DNA of 64,000 nucleotides from a virus, in IMG/VR virus record IMGVR_UViG_3300025889_000085, positions 1 to 64,000 of that record; one strand, written 5' to 3'. Under the pieces are notes generated by a model, which had not been told where the DNA came from, made no database searches, and saw only the letters and a program-made list of their open reading frames with translations. The position numbers and the translations under genes were made by a program. Position 1 is the stretch's first letter. Every line of letters begins with the position of its first letter. This document shows positions 31,693-38,904 of this stretch, in pieces.

Positions 31693-31911
31693 TTGACCCT
31701 GCCCAATGAAGAAATTGTAGCATTAGTGGACAGCTACGAAAAAGAGTCAAAAGCCTTAAAGAAGTCCGTACTAACCCTGTGTTGGTATATGCGAGGCGCT
31801 GTCAGTTATGAAGATGGTATGACCATGGGATTTCAGGATCGAGAGATTATTAACAAAATAATCGAAGAAAACTTAGAAACTGCAAAAGAAACAGGAATGC
31901 CATTTTTCTAA
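31693..31911 (+). CDS. Small gp51-like hub assembly ORF; probably the -1 frame extension of the upstream gene
   Basis: 72 aa with LCWYMRG.VSY and DREII motifs; TTG start with no clear SD; in the -1 frame of a T TTT TTC heptamer at 31675-31681. Confidence 0.65.
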   Translation: MTLPNEEIVALVDSYEKESKALKKSVLTLCWYMRGAVSYEDGMTMGFQDREIINKIIEENLETAKETGMPFF

Positions 31912-32016
31912 TGGTCTTATAAGTATCTCTTTTTGCAAATCGAAAAACTACCTTACAAAATCTGTTCATTACTCCATATATAACTTTACCGTTCGAAAAA
32001 ACGGAAGGAGAAAAAA

Positions 32017-32250
32017 ATGGAAATTATTGGTAAAATCAGAGGATGGGCCCAAGGCTTAGCCGATCTAGGCGTAAGCGTAATTGCTCTAGCAATTGTAGTA
32101 GAAATACTATTTAAAGGAGCCGCTATCCCATTTATGCCAGCAACCAGCGTTATCAGTAACGTTACAGGTATTATTGCTGCTCTAGGAGCACAAGGCTTAG
32201 TTGGTCTTGTCGCAATTTGGGTATTGTACTCTATTTGGAAAAGCAAATAA
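32017..32250 (+). CDS. Small membrane protein (77 aa, two predicted hydrophobic helices)
   Basis: AAGGAG SD; hydrophobic segments LGVSVIALAIVVEILF and GLVGLVAIWVLYSIW; basic termini; terminator downstream. Confidence 0.8.
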   Translation: MEIIGKIRGWAQGLADLGVSVIALAIVVEILFKGAAIPFMPATSVISNVTGIIAALGAQGLVGLVAIWVLYSIWKSK

Positions 32251-32274
32251 ACTATTCCTAAATCAATGACAACT

Positions 32275-32302
32275 AAGACTGTCTGACAAACAGTCTTTTT
32301 TT
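32275..32302 (+). terminator. Rho-independent terminator
   Basis: AAGACTGT-CTGACAA-ACAGTCTT followed by a T run. Confidence 0.8.
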
Positions 32303-32387
32303 ATGTCCTTCAAGATGTGCTACGCACATCTATCACTGTCGTTTCACTCAGTGATATTTTTTTGTATTCTAAGAGCGAAGCGATAGT

Positions 32388-32791
32388 AGTATCATCCAGA
32401 TAAATCAGTCACACTTTGCCCAGACAGGGCAAAGCGAGTGCATCATCCGAGTAGCACAGTCATTAGCGTTAGGACTATAATGTCATCTTTATGTAGCATT
32501 AAGCAGTTTAATGCGACATTTATGTAACATTACGTAGGCGGTTGTCCGGTACCTACTCATCCCGTCTTTATTACAACGGCGGTTTATACTGAATACGCTA
32601 ACATTCTGTATAAACGTGCTGCCCCGCGGCAGCGTCTTTTTTGCCTTTAAAACCTGTTCAAACAACTAAACCGCGGCAGTTTGCGATCTTCGTCCTGTTA
32701 AGGATAGTAGTTGAGTGCTCTGTACAGCGCAGAGTCTTGCATCCCTGTCCTCCAATGAGTCAGGTCCAACGCACACGAGTTTAGCCTGTGC
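32388..32791 (-). ncRNA. Putative large structured non-coding RNA directly 3' of the GIY-YIG gene (family not recognised; ends approximate)
   Basis: No ORF; about 10 stem-loops, a multibranch junction and an 8-bp loop-distal pairing; three helix-extending positions are G-U on the minus strand and A-C on the plus strand. Confidence 0.6.
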
Positions 32792-33228
32792 TAGCCGTTA
32801 CTGATTTTGTTTAAGATGTGAGAGCCATGGACACGGACCTGTATATGTCCGTTGTAGTATTGTTCAGATTCTAATACACGCCTTGAAAATTGTTCTCTTG
32901 CTTCAACGTAACTGCATTCTGCTCGACTTCGACAAAAGTATAGTATTTCTCTTGTGAAGTTTGCTGGACCCAGTGTTTTTACGTCTTCGATTAGTTCCAA
33001 ATTAGAGCCATAATATTCGCGCCAGTCAGAATCGACTTGTGATCGAATCTTCTTTTTGCGTTTGTTACCATTTTTGTATTTTACAGTTCTTGTTGTTGTT
33101 TTTTTAAATTTTGCTAGTTTTTTGCCTATGTATTTGCGCCCTGATACACAGTTTGTAATGAGATATACAAATCCAGCACAGTCCTCGGGTAATTGGTCAA
33201 TATCTTTACCTTCATACAGCCAAGTCAT
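32791..33228 (-). CDS. Stand-alone GIY-YIG family endonuclease (145 aa)
   Basis: GFVYLITN...RKYIGKK motif pair, YYGS, helix Glu (YVEARE), YYN; Lys/Arg-rich insertion; no C-terminal DNA-binding domain. Confidence 0.85.
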   Translation of the reverse strand: MTWLYEGKDIDQLPEDCAGFVYLITNCVSGRKYIGKKLAKFKKTTTRTVKYKNGNKRKKKIRSQVDSDWREYYGSNLELIEDVKTLGPANFTREILYFCRSRAECSYVEAREQFSRRVLESEQYYNGHIQVRVHGSHILNKISNG

Positions 33229-33299
33229 TGGGGATTTGTTCTACGTCCATGTGTATTTTAATTATGCCATAATAGTTTATAAGTTATAAGTTCTGATTA

Positions 33300-35072
33300 T
33301 TATACAACTTCTACATCCGTTGTATAACTGGTAAATCCGTTTTCTTTGACTACAGTTAAAATATTATTTACACGCCCAGCCAATTCGTCTTTGTGGCTGA
33401 CAAGCCAGATACTCTTGTTGCTTTCTCTGCTCATTTTCTTAAGAATAGCCAAACTGTTTTCTACACCCGAAGCATCCATACCCGAATCTACTAACTCATC
33501 GATAAACAACAAGTTGATAGGTTGATACAGACTTTCCCATACATCACGGAAACTCCAACTTAAACTGAGGATCAAACGATTGCGTTCTCCCCTACTCAAG
33601 TTGTCAAAGTCTAACTCACGACCTAATTCTTCAATGCTTACAGTTAAGTCGTTTAAGAATTTGACCTGGTGTGGCAAACCAATACGATCCAGATACTGCG
33701 CCAATCTGCCGTTTAAGTAACTGAGGTTCTGATCAATGATCTTTTTACGAATAAATGAATCTTTGTTGGTCAACAGTTTGAGCAAGAACTCTTGGTGCTC
33801 TTTGACTCTGGTCAATTCATTGATAGTGTCGTAAGTAATCTCTTCAACCGCAGTTTCTTTCATTTCTGCGATCTGTTCACTGTAGGGATCCGGTTCTTCC
33901 TGTTTGGCAGTTAACTGCGTTAGCACACTGCCCATACTGCTTCTATGTTCAAATGCATCTGCTTCTGCTGAGTAAAATGTTTCGGGCCGACTGCCTAACT
34001 CGCCTATGACTGCTACAGTTTTTGTGTGCTCCTGCCATTGTGTGTCATTTGTTAATAACTGTAGTGCGGCTTCTTGCTTTTGTTCTTGCTTGCTTTTAAG
34101 TATTTCTTCTTGCTTGGCATCGTGTATGTCCTGCCCACAAGCATGGCACTTATGGTCTTCCAATAGAGCAATTTCTTTTTCTAGTTTGTCAATGAGTTTC
34201 TGTTGTTTGTCGTTGTCACGTTCAATACTAGTAATCCATTTTGTGCATTCGTCAACTTGCGACTTTTTACGGTCATAATCTGCCAACAGTTTGTGTGCAG
34301 CCAATTCTGCTTCAATGTCTAACTTGGCCAGTTCGTCATAGGCACTTTGTAAAGCAGCAACTTCACTGTCTTTTTTCTTTTGCCACAGTACTTGCCTGCG
34401 CTCTAAACTTTCAATTTGATTGTTGATGCGCTCGTTGGCATCTGACACTGCTTTAATTCTTGCTTCTTCATGTTGAATGGCATCTTTAGTAGAACGATTT
34501 AGCTCTTTCAATGCTTCAGCTTTTTCACTCAGCATGGTAATACCCAGAAGCTGCTCAATGATAGCACGTTGGTCATTGGCCCGCATACTGAGAAAAGGCT
34601 CTGTATAAGTGTTTAAGGCTACAACGTGCTTGAACATGTCATGACTCATGTTGAGCAAGCGTTCGATTTCCTGTTGTGTTTCTCTGCTGTCACCTTGACT
34701 GTTGTCGTCTCTACTTTCCTGCTCTTCGTCGTTGACATAGAACTTGAGCACATTGGGTTTGCGTCCACGCTCAATCCTGTAACTCTGTCCTTCGCAGTCA
34801 AAGTCGATGGTGATCAACATGGCCTTGCCGTTGGTCTTGTTGATTAGATTATCTTTTTTGATGTTAGTCAGTGCCTGTCCAAACAGTGCATAACTAAGTG
34901 CATTGATGATTGTAGTCTTGCCTGTACCGTTACGTGCGCCACTATCATCGCCACCCAAGTCTAAGTTTTCACCTAACACCAAAGTCAAGTCTTGGCGATC
35001 AAAGTCAATGCCCTGTGTGGCATTGCCCACGCTCATAAAGTTTTTAACTGACAGTGTTTTTATTTTGAACAT
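33300..35072 (-). CDS. gp46: Recombination ATPase subunit (T4 gp46 / SbcC / Rad50-like)
   Basis: Walker A NGTGKTT, zinc hook CHAC within coiled coil, signature LSRGE, Walker B LLFIDE, H-switch LVSH. Confidence 0.93.
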   Translation of the reverse strand: MFKIKTLSVKNFMSVGNATQGIDFDRQDLTLVLGENLDLGGDDSGARNGTGKTTIINALSYALFGQALTNIKKDNLINKTNGKAMLITIDFDCEGQSYRIERGRKPNVLKFYVNDEEQESRDDNSQGDSRETQQEIERLLNMSHDMFKHVVALNTYTEPFLSMRANDQRAIIEQLLGITMLSEKAEALKELNRSTKDAIQHEEARIKAVSDANERINNQIESLERRQVLWQKKKDSEVAALQSAYDELAKLDIEAELAAHKLLADYDRKKSQVDECTKWITSIERDNDKQQKLIDKLEKEIALLEDHKCHACGQDIHDAKQEEILKSKQEQKQEAALQLLTNDTQWQEHTKTVAVIGELGSRPETFYSAEADAFEHRSSMGSVLTQLTAKQEEPDPYSEQIAEMKETAVEEITYDTINELTRVKEHQEFLLKLLTNKDSFIRKKIIDQNLSYLNGRLAQYLDRIGLPHQVKFLNDLTVSIEELGRELDFDNLSRGERNRLILSLSWSFRDVWESLYQPINLLFIDELVDSGMDASGVENSLAILKKMSRESNKSIWLVSHKDELAGRVNNILTVVKENGFTSYTTDVEVV

Positions 35073-36138
35073 TATCGCTTATTTCTTTATAAATTGGTTT
35101 GAATACTTGATCGATGTAGTCTAAAATTATTTGCCTATTATACAACAGTCTACTTTCTAATTCAAGATTTATTTGTTTCAAATAGTCTAGCGGCCACTTA
35201 GAAACAATCTCCGCTTGTTTCATAACTGCCAAGAATCTTTCACTGGGATCTTCAATGGAGTCATAACTTTCATCCCAGTAATCGTCAAAAGTTTTTATTC
35301 CAAACGACTGCAGATATCGAATAGTTCCTACCGCACCCAATATGATAAAAGGAGTTGTACACAATATTGGTCTCAATATTTTTTCACTTATGTAAACAGA
35401 TGGGTAATCAAAAACTGATTCGGACACTAAATCTACTGCGAATTCTTTGTAAAAATCAGATCCGTTTGGTGGTATATTTGGATTTATGTAACTTTTTGGT
35501 ACAGGAATTTGATTTAAAAATAAAATTTCTTTGTTTTGCGTTAACGTTGTCCAATCTTCACTAACTGAAATCGCATTATTGTAAACATAATCCAAATTGT
35601 CATCGATATTGCTCTGATTTTGATTTGTAGGTATTTCACTTAGCATTTTAGTGTTTGGATTGTTAATTGAATACTGAATCTCCGAACAATTATTTTTAAT
35701 GATGTAGGCTATAAGTTTTTCTCTATGTGCTCTTAATAAGCCCACCATACACAACATAGGATATATTATATTTTTCCTATATCTTATAATATCTTTAACA
35801 TTGTTGTAACTATTATAGTTTAGAATAAGATTAAAAACTTCCGGTTGATCATTATTGTCAAAGTAAGGAATTAATTGTTTTTTAAGGTTACTACTGTTAC
35901 AAATAAATCTAAAAACGAAACCAGGAAATCCCATAGATTTAATCGCTAATAATAGATTGTATATTGTAAAACTCAAAGGAGAATTTAAAAAATAAAAGTC
36001 AGTGTCGTTATGTAAAACTACAATTCTTTCATTTGGCTTAAATTCTTCCTTAAAAAGTGTTTTTAACTTACCATGTAATGAAGGTGCGTCTTGCCGATAA
36101 TGGATCAAGTCAATAACATCAATTACGCTAATAGTCAT
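35044..36138 (-). CDS. Hypothetical protein, possibly glycosyltransferase-like
   Basis: 364 aa, AT-rich; VSES...YISEKILRPI...PFIILG...TFDDYWDESYD is reminiscent of the GT10 YxTEK motif (weak). Confidence 0.4.
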   Translation of the reverse strand: MTISVIDVIDLIHYRQDAPSLHGKLKTLFKEEFKPNERIVVLHNDTDFYFLNSPLSFTIYNLLLAIKSMGFPGFVFRFICNSSNLKKQLIPYFDNNDQPEVFNLILNYNSYNNVKDIIRYRKNIIYPMLCMVGLLRAHREKLIAYIIKNNCSEIQYSINNPNTKMLSEIPTNQNQSNIDDNLDYVYNNAISVSEDWTTLTQNKEILFLNQIPVPKSYINPNIPPNGSDFYKEFAVDLVSESVFDYPSVYISEKILRPILCTTPFIILGAVGTIRYLQSFGIKTFDDYWDESYDSIEDPSERFLAVMKQAEIVSKWPLDYLKQINLELESRLLYNRQIILDYIDQVFKPIYKEISDNVQNKNTVS

Positions 36139-36850
36139 GCAAGTTCCTCCAATGATTGTATATGTTTTCTAAATTTTCATATGGAATTATTTGCAAAGTA
36201 TTTGCAATTTTTTGTAGGTTATCTATGATACTTTTATATTCTAGTAATTCACTTAGCGGGATCACAATATCGTTTTTTCCAACAGGAGGATTTTTAAAAA
36301 GATGAGTGAAGTTGTCTTCAATAATATTGTTCCTTATGAATCTATATAGACTGTTTGTTTTTACTTTGTACAGATTTTGGCTTTCAAAGCCAGCAATTTT
36401 ATAACTGTCTCTATGTTCTTGTTGAGTAATTTCATAGCCATCATCTATTTTACGTGCAGAGTATCGTTTGCGCCATTTGCTTTTATAGAACCATTTTAAA
36501 CTTGGCTGATCTAGCATAATAGTAATTATTTGATAATGCTGCATCCAATTTGGGATATTAAATTTATGTGTATGTAATGGTATCCACAAGTCGGCAAAAT
36601 TTATTGGAAGATTTGATAAATCGTCCCCTCTTGTATATGTTGCACTGTAATATTGATTTATTGAATAGCAGTTTTTTGGTTCATTATCTAACCAAGAATC
36701 AAAATCGCTGGTAAAACTACTTTTAAACCATTCTGAATCAGATTGCTCAGTGTTATTCCAAGATTGTATATCGGGGTGAAATCCTAGAAGAGCACAAAGC
36801 ATTTTACCTGCACCTCCTGGCGGATAACGCACAACAAGAAATTTTGCCAC
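36128..36850 (-). CDS. Hypothetical protein with an N-terminal P-loop/sulfotransferase-like motif
   Basis: 240 aa, AT-rich; FLVVRYPPGGAGKML; GTG start overlaps the gp47 stop (TAGTG). Confidence 0.45.
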   Translation of the reverse strand: MAKFLVVRYPPGGAGKMLCALLGFHPDIQSWNNTEQSDSEWFKSSFTSDFDSWLDNEPKNCYSINQYYSATYTRGDDLSNLPINFADLWIPLHTHKFNIPNWMQHYQIITIMLDQPSLKWFYKSKWRKRYSARKIDDGYEITQQEHRDSYKIAGFESQNLYKVKTNSLYRFIRNNIIEDNFTHLFKNPPVGKNDIVIPLSELLEYKSIIDNLQKIANTLQIIPYENLENIYNHWRNLHDY

Positions 36851-37866
36851 TAAAGATTCCTATAAATGTCCAGTAACAGATTATTATCGTAGTGATCGCT
36901 GGCAATAGCAGTTAGTTGATTAGTTACAATCTGATCTACACTTTCGAACTGCACATTACCCTGTATTTCATACTCTGATAAGTCTGTATTCTTTTGCGGC
37001 AGCAGTGTAATCTCACGCAGGTTATACTGCCCAATAAAAGTTTCTTTGATAAAATTGGCTTCTTCGTAACTGATATCAATGTCCAAGTTCACACGCACAT
37101 GCATACCTGGCGCCAGTATGTCGTCGGCATGATCCAGTATTGCTGCCAAGCCTAACACACGGTATCTGGGTTGATCGGGCCAAGCATGATACTCAGGCTC
37201 TTTGCCCCATTCAATAACACACAGTCCTCTGTCATCATCACCAGCGTCTGCATAGTTGTGTGGAAAGCAGTTGCCAATATAAGTGATGTTGCCGTGGTTT
37301 TGTCTTTTGTGAAAGTGCCCTGTGTAAACTTGTTCACAGGCCCGAAACTGTTCACGTTTGACTTCACCGTGATCGGGCATCTGCACCATGGCGTTCATGT
37401 AAAAGTGAGGAAGTTCAAAGTGTCCAAATACATATTTGGTCTTTAGTTTTGGCACACGTTTGTAGTCATCACCTACCAACCAAGGTGCAATAGTTACATC
37501 ACCTTCCGAGAACCAATCATTACAGATTCTAACATTGGGCAAATGTCTAGCCCACTCTACACTCTGTATGTCACGTTTGTCCCTATAGTACAAATCGTGG
37601 TTACCAGGGATAAAGTAGACCTGATCAAAGTTTGCGTTTAAATGCTCTAAGGCCTGCAGACTGTAGTTCAGTGTAACAATATTAATACTGGCACGGTTGT
37701 TGTGCCAGTCCCCCAGGAATAAAGCAGTTTCGCAGCCTTGGTCTCGTGCAGTCTGAGTAGCCCATTTGACAAAGTTCAAACAGTCTTCGTTATGCAGTTG
37801 ACTGTTTGACTTTAAGCCAAAGTGTATGTCCGTGAACACGGCTGCTTTTTTGAATAGATTAGCCAT
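36850..37866 (-). CDS. gp47: Recombination nuclease subunit (T4 gp47 / SbcD / Mre11-like)
   Basis: Metallophosphoesterase motifs DIHFG, GDWH, GNHD, GHFE and GHFH. Confidence 0.93.
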   Translation of the reverse strand: MANLFKKAAVFTDIHFGLKSNSQLHNEDCLNFVKWATQTARDQGCETALFLGDWHNNRASINIVTLNYSLQALEHLNANFDQVYFIPGNHDLYYRDKRDIQSVEWARHLPNVRICNDWFSEGDVTIAPWLVGDDYKRVPKLKTKYVFGHFELPHFYMNAMVQMPDHGEVKREQFRACEQVYTGHFHKRQNHGNITYIGNCFPHNYADAGDDDRGLCVIEWGKEPEYHAWPDQPRYRVLGLAAILDHADDILAPGMHVRVNLDIDISYEEANFIKETFIGQYNLREITLLPQKNTDLSEYEIQGNVQFESVDQIVTNQLTAIASDHYDNNLLLDIYRNL

Positions 37867-37872
37867 CTATCT

Positions 37873-37901
37873 ATTATAACTTCGTTTTTGGTCTACTGCA
37901 A
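37873..37901 (-). promoter_or_regulatory. sigma70-type promoter of the gp47-gp46 operon
   Basis: TTGCAG (37901-37896), 17 nt, TATAAT (37878-37873), 6 nt, ATG (37866). Confidence 0.75.
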
Positions 37902-37913
37902 CTGGAAAAATTG

Positions 37914-38792
37914 TCATTCGTCGTAATATCCGCCACCACCACCAGTCATCATGCCCTGTCGTGTATAACTGGGGTTTAGGTTGTTCATTTCTAAAATGTC
38001 ATCTCTGATATTTTGGTTACGTTTTTCAATGTTGAGCACACGAGTAAACGAGTTAGTAATTGCCGCAGTATAGTAAGCAAATGGGTTCTGACTCTTGCTT
38101 TCATCAAACTGTAAGCCAATTTGGCTTAACTGTAGCAGTGCCTGGCTACGCATTTCGTCGTTGTAAGTGTAGCCGCGCCAATTTGATCGAGTAGCATAAC
38201 GCTCGCACAGTTTCATAAACATGTGTGCCAATTTGTTGGTCATTTGTCCATGCTCACGTGAAAATTCTCCCGACTCTAAATCGCCCCGCCAGTGACTTTT
38301 GCCTACCAGTACAGGTTCACCCTCGGCATCGACACGATAGTGATAAAACGGTGGAAAGTTTACTTTGACATACTTGTTATGTTTAGGATCTTCCTCGTCA
38401 TACTCGGTGTGTGCTGGTTCGTCCTCATCGTCAACTAAGTCTTTAGCCTGTTGACGTGCTTTGTTAGTTTTGACTTCATCTAAGGGGATATGCTCCCAAG
38501 TCATTACACGAAACACACAGTCAGTTTGTGGGATTTTGGTATACTTAATTTCAAAATCTTCTAACTTTTGCTTTTGTCCTGTTTCTTTTACAGCCTGCTC
38601 ATGTGCCAGTTTGGTCAAGCGTTCCGCCCTTGCACGGCGTGCAGCCACAATGTTTTTCTTATTGATTTTTTTGACACTGTCTACGATCATGTCAAAATTA
38701 GCAGCGTCTTGGTCCAAATAACTGCAATAGGTAGTTTTACTTTTGTGTATTTCTTTAAGAATATCTTTATTATTAAGGTAATTGTGTTTAAT
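37914..38792 (-). CDS. gp55: Late-transcription sigma factor (T4 gp55-like); start extended to ATT at 38792
   Basis: NWRGYTYNDEM...FDESKSQNPFAYYT...F.R.L..EK motifs; the frame stays open upstream of the track's TTG (38717) through KHNYLNNKDILKEIHKSK; AAAGGAG SD 7 nt before the ATT. Confidence 0.85.
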   Translation of the reverse strand: MKHNYLNNKDILKEIHKSKTTYCSYLDQDAANFDMIVDSVKKINKKNIVAARRARAERLTKLAHEQAVKETGQKQKLEDFEIKYTKIPQTDCVFRVMTWEHIPLDEVKTNKARQQAKDLVDDEDEPAHTEYDEEDPKHNKYVKVNFPPFYHYRVDAEGEPVLVGKSHWRGDLESGEFSREHGQMTNKLAHMFMKLCERYATRSNWRGYTYNDEMRSQALLQLSQIGLQFDESKSQNPFAYYTAAITNSFTRVLNIEKRNQNIRDDILEMNNLNPSYTRQGMMTGGGGGYYDE

Positions 38793-38817
38793 AACCGTTC
38801 TCCTTTATACTGTTATA

Positions 38818-38846
38818 ATAGTAACATAGTTTTACTGGGTTGTCAA
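38818..38846 (-). promoter_or_regulatory. sigma70-type promoter of the sigma factor gene
   Basis: TTGACA (38846-38841), 17 nt, TACTAT (38823-38818), with a TGn extension. Confidence 0.8.
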
Positions 38847-38904
38847 TTCTTGAATGCAAAATTGGCATAATTTTTGGCGATAAATATTTTAAATCGGAAT
38901 AATT

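Noticed and set aside
31986-32246. 86-aa minus-strand ORF
   Set aside because: Antisense to the 77-aa gene, which has the SD and terminator
32388-32790. tRNA, tmRNA or RNase P identity for the structured element
   Set aside because: No cloverleaf or T-loop with CCA end, no tag reading frame with tRNA-like ends, and no GAGGAAAGUCC motif recognised
32388-33228. Group I intron with GIY-YIG homing endonuclease
   Set aside because: An S-like UAUAGUCC occurs on the minus strand (32479-32472), but I found no upstream GACUA partner for P7 and no interrupted host gene; not fully excluded without a covariance-model search
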